Assembly: GCA_965248535.1 (NCBI GenBank)
Contig: CBDFJR010000005.1
Span: forward strand, 1,728,001-1,792,000
DNA from: Phormidesmis sp.
GTDB lineage: Bacteria; Cyanobacteriota; Cyanobacteriia; Leptolyngbyales; Leptolyngbyaceae
DNA length: 64,000 bases
Direction of reading: 5' to 3'
The first letter of the stretch is position 1, and each line of letters opens with the position of its first letter. The notes under the pieces are model-generated. The model did no database searches. It saw only the letters and a program-made list of their open reading frames with translations, and was not told where the DNA came from. Positions 40,967 to 50,986 of this stretch are shown here, piece by piece. The position numbers and the translations under genes were made by a program.

Positions 40967-42979
40967 TTATGCGTCAAATTCATCCAGCGAGAGATCGGGT
41001 AAGTCAGGAGGAATGACAGCCCGATCGAGCACCACTTTTCGGCTTTCACGCTGAGTTGCCACCTCAACGGCGATCGCTTCGAGTTGAATCTCTAAACTGC
41101 CAAACGGCACCGTTAGCTGGGTGCTGGCTTCTAGGTCACCCAACCCGTTAGGCACAAAATCGACGAGCCAGCGAGGGCCATCCAGCAACGCACGGGTTTG
41201 ACGGTCATTAATCCAAAATTTAACGTAGAAGCGAGGCCGCAGATTGGGAAGTTTTGCTCGCACCACGATCGCTTGCCCTGCCACCAGTTCTTCACTCGCC
41301 AACTCTAAACTAGGGGTGGGCACATCGGCATCGGGTGCCAGCAGTAAAGGATTTGGAATCTGAGGAGTTAATGGCTGAAGCGATGGTTGAGAAGTCAAGA
41401 GGTCTTCAACAGGTAGATTGTCTGGCTCGTCATCTACCAAAACTTCTTGGCTCAATAACGCTTCTTCGGGAGATGTGGGCAGCGCCATCATTTCAGGATT
41501 TGCTGCATCCTCGATTGCTGCATCATCAATCATCGCTTCTGGCAAAACCGTCTCTGGCTGAGAAGCCTCTCTTAGTTCTTCAGAGAGCGCTGCGTCTGAG
41601 GCCAAAGAATTGAGACGATCGAGAAATCGACCTTGAATGTTTAACGCCTGAAACGCCGACTGAACCAGCGAGCTTTTAGACAAGGCACCGGGGGCATCGG
41701 GCAGGGCTTTGAGTTCGGCAGCGTCGGCTAATTGGGGTTGAGTTGGGGCGGCGATCGCGTCCTCAGTTTCAGGCTCTACACTTGCAGCTTCAGCACTAGC
41801 TGACTCGCTCACGGGCGCTACAAACGTCGGCAGATCTAAGCCTTTTTTGCTGTCTTGCGGCGGGGCTGGGGGATAGAGTTGAGGCGGAAGCGGCTGGTCA
41901 GAAGCATATTTGAAGCTGGGAGCTTCTCTAGGAGCCGAGACCAGGTTTAAGAAAGTGAGACTAAGATTGGGAGACTCTGGGGGCGGCTCAGGGTTGGCGG
42001 CAGACTCTAGAGATTGCTCTAATTCTTCTTCGTCTGCGATCGGGTGTTCGGCGATCGTCTCTAGCAATTCATCGGCATCTGCCGTCAAGGTAAAGGACTG
42101 ATTGGCAAGCTCGATCGCCGGATCTGAGGTCAGATCATAAAGGGTGATTTCACCCAAAATCAACTGAGTTTTGAACTCAGACGGCAAGGTCAACCGACAG
42201 ATCACCGGAGTCGGAATCGGTTGATTGAGAATCGATTCACGAGTTTCTAGCAGAACTTGAGCGCTTTGGGGATCACGGAAGCAAATTTTGATTTCAGCCT
42301 GGGTGAGCACGAGAGCCGGAGTTTCTGCGGTCGCGATCGGCGTAATCTGACCTGAAAGCCTCAGGGGTTGCCCACGACGGGCGATATAAGTGTCTTGGGT
42401 GAGCACAATTTGCAGCGGCGGCAGTTGCGCCAAGAGTTGAGCCTCTTGAGCAAGCTGCTCGGTGATCTGCATCAGCCGATCGACCGAAGACCCCATCCCG
42501 GCGGCTGACTCAACGGGAATGTCAGGTAGATCAACAGATTCGGACGCTGCAATCGGTTCAGCTATCTCGATCCGCGATTCAACTGGCTCAGGCGGCGTTT
42601 GCCAATCGGGTTCCCAGTCTTCTTCAGCCTCGATTTCGACTACATGAAGCTGCACTGAATATTGCCACTTTTTGCCCATTAACTCTGACAGCAAATCGCC
42701 AGAGCAATTGAGTTCCCAGGTGCCGGGGTTGAGCGTTGTGTAGGGAATCACCACCACCAGCCCATCAGCATTGGTGCGGTTTGATCGCTGCTGAGTGCGG
42801 CGTTTTGGCGGCACCTCGATCGTCGCTTGATGAACAATGCGAACTTCGACATTGCTGTTTTTGCGGCTCGATCGGGCCACCACGCGATAGCGACCTTCTA
42901 GAATTTCCACATCAGGAGATTCGAGGGGCAACCAGGAGCGATCGCCTTCTTTTTGCAAGAGAAATTCCCAATACTCCAT
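40967..42979 (-). CDS. Conserved cyanobacterial hypothetical protein with acidic/Pro-rich linkers
   Basis: MEYWEFLLQKEGDRSWLPL..EGRYR N-terminus and D.QTR.LLDGPRW...ES.K C-terminus. Confidence 0.75.
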   Translation of the reverse strand: MEYWEFLLQKEGDRSWLPLESPDVEILEGRYRVVARSSRKNSNVEVRIVHQATIEVPPKRRTQQRSNRTNADGLVVVIPYTTLNPGTWELNCSGDLLSELMGKKWQYSVQLHVVEIEAEEDWEPDWQTPPEPVESRIEIAEPIAASESVDLPDIPVESAAGMGSSVDRLMQITEQLAQEAQLLAQLPPLQIVLTQDTYIARRGQPLRLSGQITPIATAETPALVLTQAEIKICFRDPQSAQVLLETRESILNQPIPTPVICRLTLPSEFKTQLILGEITLYDLTSDPAIELANQSFTLTADADELLETIAEHPIADEEELEQSLESAANPEPPPESPNLSLTFLNLVSAPREAPSFKYASDQPLPPQLYPPAPPQDSKKGLDLPTFVAPVSESASAEAASVEPETEDAIAAPTQPQLADAAELKALPDAPGALSKSSLVQSAFQALNIQGRFLDRLNSLASDAALSEELREASQPETVLPEAMIDDAAIEDAANPEMMALPTSPEEALLSQEVLVDDEPDNLPVEDLLTSQPSLQPLTPQIPNPLLLAPDADVPTPSLELASEELVAGQAIVVRAKLPNLRPRFYVKFWINDRQTRALLDGPRWLVDFVPNGLGDLEASTQLTVPFGSLEIQLEAIAVEVATQRESRKVVLDRAVIPPDLPDLSLDEFDA

Positions 42980-43142
42980 CAGGCCTATTCGAGGAGCTTT
43001 TTACCCCGCACTTAGTGGTTTCAGGCGACTAATTAACCCGCCTCATGACAGGCATTTTACCTGACTCTGCCCAAACGCTGAAAAAGAGCCTGAATGTTGT
43101 CAACAATCAGACTCTTAAATCAGATTTGGGATGGACGCGAAC

Positions 43143-43610
43143 TTAGTTAAATCCGCCCCGGAAGATGCCATCAATGATCGAGAAGTTGCTCAAGAGCAAG
43201 TAGGCCACAAACGCGCTGCCCGTCGCACCGACAAAAAACCCGCCCGTAAATTGGCTCCAACCGTCAGCAGATTGCAGAGAATCTTTAGAGGTGTGGTCAC
43301 CCTGAAAGGTCACCAACCCATAAGCTGAGAGGCACAGAGTGGCAATCAAAATGAGTGCTATGCCAGAGATCAGCCCACCCACATTGGCGACATCAGAGTC
43401 CCGCAGAGGGCCAAGCTTTACCCAGGGGCCGATGATGAAATAGCCATGAGCTAACCCGATCTCTAGCCCGCGCAAGAGGGGAGATAGCCCTTTGCGATAG
43501 GCAGGCAGGTTGCCGATAAATGCGCGAGTAAAGGGAGAGTCACTGATAGGGGTTGAAAGGTGCCCGGTAAACGGATCGCCGTTATAGGGTTTAATAAGCT
43601 GCTCAGTCAT
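43143..43610 (-). CDS. psaL: Photosystem I subunit XI
   Basis: [36 protein letters not shown]. Confidence 0.97.
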   Translation of the reverse strand: MTEQLIKPYNGDPFTGHLSTPISDSPFTRAFIGNLPAYRKGLSPLLRGLEIGLAHGYFIIGPWVKLGPLRDSDVANVGGLISGIALILIATLCLSAYGLVTFQGDHTSKDSLQSADGWSQFTGGFFVGATGSAFVAYLLLSNFSIIDGIFRGGFN

Positions 43611-43730
43611 AGGTTAATATTTCCTAACACTCTGAAAAGTGACAGAAGAATTTGACACTCATTTTAAGCAGGTGCGGGGACGCATTCGCAAAAACGAGTC
43701 TTGAGCGTTAGAAAAATTCACTAATTTTTG

Positions 43731-45017
43731 CTAGCTCTCGTGGCTCTGGTGAGAAAGTTGAGGGTAGAGGTCAGCGATCGTCTCCAGCAGAGCAGACTGG
43801 GCGATCGCCGTTTGGTCTCCGCTTTTAAGCCACTTTAACTGCACGGTTTTGGTTTCGGCTTCACTGTCGCCCAGAATGAGACAGGCAACTGCCCCACTGC
43901 GATCGGCGCGCTTAAACTGTTTACCAAAGGCGCTGCCGCTTAGGTCGAGTTCGGCGGTGAAGCCCGATCGCCGCAAAGTCTGAGCCAGGGTGAGTGCCTG
44001 AGACTCAGCTTTCTCACCTTTAGACACTACATAGAATTCGACACTAGACGGGCGATCGGGCTGAATTTTCTGCAACAGCAGGATTAACCGCTCTAGCCCC
44101 ATTGCCCACCCGATCGCGGGCGTTTCGGGGCCGCCGAGTTCTGAGACAAGACCGTCATAGCGACCGCCCGCGCACACCGTTGCCTGGGCACCCAAATCAT
44201 CCGATTGAATCTCAAACACCGTGTGGGTGTAATAGTCCAGCCCGCGCACTAACCGGGAATTAATGGTGCAGGCGATGCCTAAATCGCTCAATAGCTGCTG
44301 GACGCGATCAAACCGTCGCTGTGAATCAGGGCTGAGATAGTCCAAAATGCTGGGGGCATCGGTGAGAAGTTCTTGAGTGCGAACATCTTTGCTGTCGAGA
44401 ATTCTTAAAGGATTGCGGGTCAGGCGATCTTGAGAGTCTGCGTCTAGCTCGTCTTTAAAAGGAGTGAGATACTTCACTAAGGCTTCTCGGTAAGTTTGGC
44501 GATCGCTCACATCCCCGATCGAGTTCAAATCCAGCCGCAAATCCTTTAAACCTAGGGTCTGCAAGATGTCGGTAGCCAGAGCGATCGCTTCAGCATCAGC
44601 CCGCACATCGCCACTCCCCAAAACCTCAACGCCCAATTGATGAAACTGGCGCTGTCGCCCCGCTTGAGGACGCTCATAGCGAAACATTGCCCCGGCATAC
44701 CAGAGGCGCTGCACGCCCCCTTGGGCATGAAGACTGTGCTCGATATAGGATCGCGCCACGCCAGCCGTGCCTTCGGGTCGCAGGGTGAGAGAGCGATCGC
44801 CGCGATCGTGAAAGGTGTACATCTCTTTGTTGACGACATCGGTAGCTTCACCCATGCCCCGCTCAAACAGCGCCGTTTGCTCAAAGATCGGCGTGCGAAT
44901 CTCTCGATAGGCCGCCCGGATTAAAATCTCACGGGCGATCGCTTCGACTCGCTGCCAATCGCCCACCTCATCGGGCAAAATATCCCGCGTTCCCCGACTT
45001 GCTTGAATTGAACTCAT
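43731..45017 (-). CDS. hisS: Histidyl-tRNA synthetase
   Basis: [42 protein letters not shown]. Confidence 0.97.
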   Translation of the reverse strand: MSSIQASRGTRDILPDEVGDWQRVEAIAREILIRAAYREIRTPIFEQTALFERGMGEATDVVNKEMYTFHDRGDRSLTLRPEGTAGVARSYIEHSLHAQGGVQRLWYAGAMFRYERPQAGRQRQFHQLGVEVLGSGDVRADAEAIALATDILQTLGLKDLRLDLNSIGDVSDRQTYREALVKYLTPFKDELDADSQDRLTRNPLRILDSKDVRTQELLTDAPSILDYLSPDSQRRFDRVQQLLSDLGIACTINSRLVRGLDYYTHTVFEIQSDDLGAQATVCAGGRYDGLVSELGGPETPAIGWAMGLERLILLLQKIQPDRPSSVEFYVVSKGEKAESQALTLAQTLRRSGFTAELDLSGSAFGKQFKRADRSGAVACLILGDSEAETKTVQLKWLKSGDQTAIAQSALLETIADLYPQLSHQSHES

Positions 45018-45048
45018 GAACTCTTAATTGCGAAACTAGTGAACCTTT

Positions 45049-45342
45049 TTAATCAGCTTGAATGTCTTCCCAAACACCATAGCGATCGCCATAGTAAGCC
45101 AAAATCTGCTCGACTCGCCCTTGAGAAGCCGACGGCGCAGAGTCTAAAACCTGAATCCACAGACTCTCGATCTGACTCTGGCTATAGTCAAACTGGGTCG
45201 ATCGCTGCGAAACTAAGCCCGTTTTGACCCCATCCACTTGAGATAAATGGGCAGCCACTTCTCGATAGACTGCCAACGGCAAACCCAAACACTGCACTTG
45301 ATAACCTTCCAACGCCAACGCTCCTAACGGTCGTTTAGACAC
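45049..45342 (-). CDS. Conserved hypothetical protein downstream of pedR
   Basis: LPLAVYREVAAHL.QV.GV, F.Y.QSQ, QILAYY..RYG. Confidence 0.7.
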   Translation of the reverse strand: MSKRPLGALALEGYQVQCLGLPLAVYREVAAHLSQVDGVKTGLVSQRSTQFDYSQSQIESLWIQVLDSAPSASQGRVEQILAYYGDRYGVWEDIQAD

Positions 45343-45361
45343 CTGCTTAAAATTGTCTCAT

Positions 45362-45640
45362 TCAGAGGGCAACCCCGTTTTCTCGATAGGGTGGCAACGC
45401 ACAGCAATTTACCTCATCAAGACAGACTTTGCCCCACTGCAACGCCCAGCGCACAAGGGCGACCCGATTTTCTGTTTCAGTCTTGGTTAAAATATTGCTG
45501 ACGTGGTTGTCAACAGTGCGTTTACTGATGTCTAGTTGTTCAGCAATATCTTGATTAGTTAAGCCAGCAGCTACTAACTCAATGACTTGCAGTTCCCGAT
45601 CGGAGAGGGGTGCCTGCGCTTGAGATTCGCTCTGCGCCAT
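45362..45640 (-). CDS. pedR: Small LuxR-type redox-responsive regulator PedR
   Basis: LSDRELQV..LVA.GLTN..IA..L.ISKRTVDNH.SNIL.KT, and C-terminal WGKVC...NCC. Confidence 0.85.
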   Translation of the reverse strand: MAQSESQAQAPLSDRELQVIELVAAGLTNQDIAEQLDISKRTVDNHVSNILTKTETENRVALVRWALQWGKVCLDEVNCCALPPYRENGVAL

Positions 45641-45801
45641 ATGATTTATTCCTAGACTGTGTATATGTACTTATTCTGACTTAATTCTAGAAGGTTGTTG
45701 GTCAAGCGCGAAAGGCTTGCGTTTAACATGGAGGATGTCAGCAACCGTCTTTAGGGGAAGCGTCGAGCCAAATTGCAAGACACCACCACCCATCATCCTC
45801 A

Positions 45802-48135
45802 ATGCAAAACGACCCACCCATTCTTCAGTGCCATAACCCTTTTTGCCAGGCTCTCAATCTAGAAAGCCAGCAGATTTGTCATAAATGTAGATCGCCGCTG
45901 ATCAAGCGATATTTGTGGGCAGTCGGGTCTGGGTTAGACTCCTTTCAGCCTGGAGAGTTGGTGAGCGATCGCTATCTGCTCAAAACGGGTCACGTTTTAC
46001 TAGACACCAAGCCAGGGTTGCCGCCCGAAAGCCCGGCTGAAATTCCGGTTCACTGGGAAGCCTATCTGCGGCTGTCGCCGTTTCGACTTCAGGTGCCACA
46101 AATTTATGGCATGGTGACGGCACGGCCGCGATCGACCGCCACGCTGCTCTTGCTAGAAGACGCGGCGATCTATCCAGACGGGGCCAGGCTCAAGTCTAAA
46201 GCCGGGCTTAGGGGCAGCCTCTTGCCAAAATTGACGAGTCTCTGGGCAGAGAGCGATCCCTTGCGGCAGCTTAACTGGCTTTGGCAGATCGCCCAATTGT
46301 GGGAGCCGTTGAGTCGAGAAAAGGTCGCTACTACCCTACTAACTTCAGAATTGCTGCGGGTAGATGGGTTTTTCCTCCGGTTGCTCTATTTGCAGCCTGA
46401 CTCTCCCAAAAGCCCTGATTTAACCCAGCTAGGAGAGATTTGGGCCCAGTGGCAGCCAGAAGCGTCAGCACCGATCGCCGACTTTTTAGCTCAACTCTGT
46501 CAGCAAATGATCCAGGGCCAGATTAAAACGATTGATCAGTTATTGGATCGGCTGGATCAGGGAATCACCCGCTGGGGTCAGGGCCAAACCAGAACCCTTC
46601 AAATTGCGACCTTTACCGACCAGGGTCCAAGTCGCCAGAGCAATGAGGATGCGTGTTACCCGACCAGCGGAAGCTATGAGTCTCTAACGATCGGGTCGAA
46701 TGCTGCAAACCCAGTGGTGATCGTCTGTGATGGCATTGGTGGCCATGAAGGAGGCGAAGTGGCCTCAGAGTTAGCGATCGCCACCCTGCAAACCCAAGCC
46801 AGGATGCTGCTTTCACAACCCGATCCAGATGCCGCCACCCTTGTCGAGGGGTTAGAACACGCTGCCTTGAGCGCCAATGATCAGATCTCACAGCGCAACG
46901 ATCAAGAGCATCGTCAAGAGCGCCAGCGCATGGGCACCACGGTTGTGATGGCGATCGCCCATGCCCACGAGCTTTTGATCAATCATGTCGGAGACAGCCG
47001 TGCCTATCGCATTACCCGAACGGGCTGCTATCAGGTGACGCTGGATGATGATGTCGCGTCGAGAGAAGTGCGGTTGGGCTATGCCCTTTATCGAGATGCC
47101 CTCCAGCAGCCTGGTTCTGGCTCTCTCGTGCAAGCGTTGGGCATGAGCAGTTCTAGCTTTCTCCGTCCGACGGTGCAGCGATTTGTGTTGGATGAAGACT
47201 GTGTGTTTTTGCTCTGCTCAGATGGGTTGAGTGACCACGATCGCGTCGATGAATGCTGGGCTGATGAGATTGTCCCGATTTTAGATGGCACGGTCGATCT
47301 AGCTGTGGCTAGTCGGCGATTAGTCGAGATTGCCAACACTCGCAACGGCCACGATAACGTTACGGTGGGCTTAATCTACTGTCAAGTGACGCAGGATCAA
47401 ATCCCGATCTCCCCTTTGCAGATTGACTGGGAGCGATCGCCCGGCCAACGGTCTGAACCCTCAGACTTATTGGAGCGATCGCGACTGTCTGACCCTCTCC
47501 CAGCCCCGTCGTCTGAAACCTCCATAAAGACCCAAATTATTCAGCCACGGCGATCGTCCACTCAATGGTTGCCCTTGCTCGTGATGGGATTGGCCCTACT
47601 AGGCATGGGAGGGCTGCTGATTTTGCTGGTGCCCGAAATTCGGGCGGTGCTGAATCCGGTTCAGGTGCTGCCGATCGATGCACCGCTGAAGAATTCGCCT
47701 TCAAACTCACCCCAGCCGACGGTTAGCCCTGCCCCTGATCAGGCTAACTCTGCTCTTGAAGCCAGAATGGTCATTCAGCTTGACCACTCCCTCACCAGCA
47801 GTGTGCAGTTGCCCGTACTGTTTTCTCTGGTGCGTCAGCCTAATTTGACCGTGCAACCTACGGCAGACTCGCCGATCGGGGGGGTAGTGCCGGGCACGAT
47901 TGCGCGGGTGGTCAAACAGCAGGCAACCGAAGACCACATCTCGTGGGTAAGGCTCGAAATTTGCTCGGTGCCTAGCGGTAGCAAAGTTGCCAATGCCGTC
48001 AAGCCCGGAGATTCTGGCTGGCAAGAAGAGCGCACGATCGTGCCGTTTGTCGCCCAAAATCTGAGCCTTAAACCCTCTCAGCTAGGTCGATGTGCCCCTC
48101 CTTCTGCCTCGGTGAGTCCTGCGCCGACTCCGTGA
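45802..48135 (+). CDS. Membrane PP2C-family Ser/Thr phosphatase with N-terminal Zn-ribbon and degenerate kinase-like region
   Basis: CHNPFC..CHKC; R.SNED, CDGIGGH, HVGDSRAY, CSDGLSD, GHDNVT; TM WLPLLVMGLALLGMGGLLILLV. Confidence 0.85.
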   Translation: MQNDPPILQCHNPFCQALNLESQQICHKCRSPLIKRYLWAVGSGLDSFQPGELVSDRYLLKTGHVLLDTKPGLPPESPAEIPVHWEAYLRLSPFRLQVPQIYGMVTARPRSTATLLLLEDAAIYPDGARLKSKAGLRGSLLPKLTSLWAESDPLRQLNWLWQIAQLWEPLSREKVATTLLTSELLRVDGFFLRLLYLQPDSPKSPDLTQLGEIWAQWQPEASAPIADFLAQLCQQMIQGQIKTIDQLLDRLDQGITRWGQGQTRTLQIATFTDQGPSRQSNEDACYPTSGSYESLTIGSNAANPVVIVCDGIGGHEGGEVASELAIATLQTQARMLLSQPDPDAATLVEGLEHAALSANDQISQRNDQEHRQERQRMGTTVVMAIAHAHELLINHVGDSRAYRITRTGCYQVTLDDDVASREVRLGYALYRDALQQPGSGSLVQALGMSSSSFLRPTVQRFVLDEDCVFLLCSDGLSDHDRVDECWADEIVPILDGTVDLAVASRRLVEIANTRNGHDNVTVGLIYCQVTQDQIPISPLQIDWERSPGQRSEPSDLLERSRLSDPLPAPSSETSIKTQIIQPRRSSTQWLPLLVMGLALLGMGGLLILLVPEIRAVLNPVQVLPIDAPLKNSPSNSPQPTVSPAPDQANSALEARMVIQLDHSLTSSVQLPVLFSLVRQPNLTVQPTADSPIGGVVPGTIARVVKQQATEDHISWVRLEICSVPSGSKVANAVKPGDSGWQEERTIVPFVAQNLSLKPSQLGRCAPPSASVSPAPTP

Positions 48136-48272
48136 TCTTTGTGGGGGATTTGAAGCGCAATTTAGCGAAGCTCGATAAACTAGTGAAACGTTGGGTGCAA
48201 TGGGTTCACTGTCGTGGCTGAATGGGTGATTCAACTACCATTTAATTAAGTCAGGATGGGTTGTGGTTGTGA

Positions 48273-49970
48273 ATGGCTTTGTCTGAAATTCCTTGTCTAA
48301 GTCTTGCGATCGAACGTCTTCGTGCCACTGAGTCCAGTCACTTTGTGATTCATGTGATTGAGGCTCCTTACAAAGGTGGCTATGTTTTGCGTGACTGCAT
48401 CTGGCCAGAGTCGCTGCTGCAAAATTGGCACGCCTGGAGAGAATTGTTTTCTGCCCGCAGGTTGCCGCCCGTGCCCCACGTCTCTGAAGTTCAAGTGCCC
48501 CTGCCGCCAGCGGCTGAAGCGATCGCGCCTCTCGGTCAACCCGTTCCTCGCGGGGTGCGATTGATGCAAACCCTAGGAATTGACCTTTGGGGCTGGCTGT
48601 TTGGGGGGTCTATTCAAAGCAGTTTTGACCAGAGCCAAGGCATCGCTCTTGGACAAACGAAACCTCTGCGGCTGCGGCTCGATATTCGTGACCCTGATCT
48701 GATCGCGATCCCCTGGGAGATTATGCAGAGTCAGGCCGGGCGGCAAGCCGTTTCTCTGAGTCAACAGGTTTTGTTTAGCCGCACTACGAGCGACGTTGAT
48801 GCGCTGCCGCCCCTGAGAACTGACCAAAGTCTGAATGTCTTGCTGGTGCTGGGGCAAGATGCCGCCCCCGCGATTCCGTCGATCTCTGGAGGTCTAGAAG
48901 AGGCTTCTTTAGGAGCACTGCGCGATCGTCAAGCCGCTCTCAAAAAACTCAAGCTAGAGCAAGAAGCGGCGGCTTTAACTCAAATCTTGCAAAATCCGGG
49001 TAGGCTGGGTGACCCGTCCGATCGCAATGCCTATCACTATGCGGCTCCCTGCCAGGTGGATGTTTTATTGCAACCGACCCCAGCCGATCTGATCGAGAAG
49101 CTAGAAACCGAGCGCTACAACGTCTTGTTTTATGCCGGGCATGGAGAACCTGCGCCGGATGGCGGACTGCTGTTTTTGCGACCTGATATGACGATCAATG
49201 GCACCGAGTTGGCGCAAGTTCTGACGCGCTGCCGGGTGAAGCTGGCGGTGTTTAACTCCTGCTGGGGAGCGCAGCCTGACGAGCAAACCTATCAGGCGAT
49301 TCCGCGCAGTAGCTTGGCTGAAGTGCTGCTGCATCACGGGGTTCCGGCGGTGTTGGCCATGCGAGAACCGATCACCGATGAAGAGGCCCTCAGCTTTATT
49401 CAAGCCTTTGCTCAAGCGCTGGCTGATCGAATGCCGATCGACCAGGCCGTTGCCGTGGCAAGACAGCATCTCCTGACATTGTTTAAGTTTAATCAACAGG
49501 CCTGGACGCTGCCTGTGCTCTACATGCACCCAGAATTTGAGGGTGAATTGCTGAAGCCGTTGGATGAAGGGGCGACTCAATTTCCGCCTAACCCCAGTCA
49601 ATTTGGGCGACGATCGGCGATCGCGTCTCTACGATCGCTCGTGACTACCAAAGTCTGGACGGTGCGCGGTGGGCTGATGCGCGTTGGCATGAGTCAAGAT
49701 AATGACCTGGTTTTGCCAGGAGAGCCGGGCATTTCTCGCAAACACGCTGAGATCTTTTATCGCAATGCCTCTCAAGATACGGGGCAGCCCACCTATTTCC
49801 TGCGAGACTTTTCTCGCTATGGCACTTGGGTTTTTATGGGGGGCGGTTGGCAAAAAGTTCATCACCAAGAGGTGTTGCTTCAATCCGGCGTGCAGTTAAA
49901 ATTTGGGGGATCTCAAAATTCTGCGCTAGAGTTTTTGGTCACGGCTCCCGAAGTGCCTGACTCGGCATAA
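48273..49970 (+). CDS. CHAT (caspase/HetF-like) protease domain + C-terminal FHA domain
   Basis: LRLRL, PWE, YAGHG (His), FNSCWGA (Cys), W.LPVLY. FHA motifs ISRKHAEI, DFSRYGT. Confidence 0.85.
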   Translation: MALSEIPCLSLAIERLRATESSHFVIHVIEAPYKGGYVLRDCIWPESLLQNWHAWRELFSARRLPPVPHVSEVQVPLPPAAEAIAPLGQPVPRGVRLMQTLGIDLWGWLFGGSIQSSFDQSQGIALGQTKPLRLRLDIRDPDLIAIPWEIMQSQAGRQAVSLSQQVLFSRTTSDVDALPPLRTDQSLNVLLVLGQDAAPAIPSISGGLEEASLGALRDRQAALKKLKLEQEAAALTQILQNPGRLGDPSDRNAYHYAAPCQVDVLLQPTPADLIEKLETERYNVLFYAGHGEPAPDGGLLFLRPDMTINGTELAQVLTRCRVKLAVFNSCWGAQPDEQTYQAIPRSSLAEVLLHHGVPAVLAMREPITDEEALSFIQAFAQALADRMPIDQAVAVARQHLLTLFKFNQQAWTLPVLYMHPEFEGELLKPLDEGATQFPPNPSQFGRRSAIASLRSLVTTKVWTVRGGLMRVGMSQDNDLVLPGEPGISRKHAEIFYRNASQDTGQPTYFLRDFSRYGTWVFMGGGWQKVHHQEVLLQSGVQLKFGGSQNSALEFLVTAPEVPDSA

Positions 49971-50086
49971 GTGCCGAAAAACCCAACCACCCGATCGGGT
50001 TAATTTAGTCGCCGTTACGGAACTGGTAACGAGCACCTTGTAGATATCACCAACAGCAGTGACTCAGTGGATGCGGGTATTACAGT

Positions 50087-50740
50087 ATGGCTAGTGAAAT
50101 CAATCGTTCTCGTTCGATCGTCGGGTTGCAAACCGAGCAAGATTTGGCAAATGCACTTCTTCAAACCGAAGATGTGATCCTGCGGTGGAATCCGAATGAG
50201 TCCGTCGAGACGGCTGAGATTGAGGTGACCGAAAATCCCACCAGCACGATCTCCTATCCCTGGAATCCGAGTGACCCCAGCGCCGAGTCATTTCTCTCAG
50301 AGTTAGAACAAGAATTTTCGTTAGATGCGTGGGACGCAAGCGAGATTGCTCAACGATCGCAGTCCTTCTTCAGCCAGCTAGACACGCTGTGGTCAACGAC
50401 CGACTTAACAACCACTCTGGCTCAACGATTTGCGTCGGTGCCTCAAGCTCTGTTGGCGGTGATTGCGCGGCAGGCTCAAAAAGTCGTCGAGACTTCTAAC
50501 TCCCTCGCGGATCAGTTGATTGAGTGTGTTCAAGAAGTGCTTCCGACCTGGGCAGCCGACGATCTTCAGGTGTTGGCGCGGCCGCTGGCCTATGCTATGC
50601 GAGGTGATGCTACAGATGCGGTGGATGCCACGGTCAACAGTGTGCGGGCGATCGCGTGGAGTGACCTATCAGAAACTGAACAAGCTCGGATGAGTTTGGC
50701 GATCGCCCGCTATGCGCTGAATCAGTTGGGCGATCGCTAA
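50087..50740 (+). CDS. Conserved cyanobacterial hypothetical protein
   Basis: YPWNP, DL.VLARPLAYAMR, W..LSE.EQAR.SLAIARYAL. Confidence 0.72.
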   Translation: MASEINRSRSIVGLQTEQDLANALLQTEDVILRWNPNESVETAEIEVTENPTSTISYPWNPSDPSAESFLSELEQEFSLDAWDASEIAQRSQSFFSQLDTLWSTTDLTTTLAQRFASVPQALLAVIARQAQKVVETSNSLADQLIECVQEVLPTWAADDLQVLARPLAYAMRGDATDAVDATVNSVRAIAWSDLSETEQARMSLAIARYALNQLGDR

Positions 50741-50986
50741 GTTTGCCAGAGACTCAAGGGTTCTAAAGCAGCCTCGTTCTCGTCTCCGTAAATGCCGCAT
50801 TACGATCGGTGTCTATGTGAAGATGGCGCGATCAATCCGCGTTTTTGGGGAACTATGAGCCAGTCAGGGCTGCGATTAAGACTCATCAATGGCATCAACC
50901 GCGTAATTTTGCGGCTGTAATTCCACTCAGTTGCGTGTCAGCAGTCCTGCAATGACCTCTTTTGATCCTCTTGCAGGCGTTTTGGC

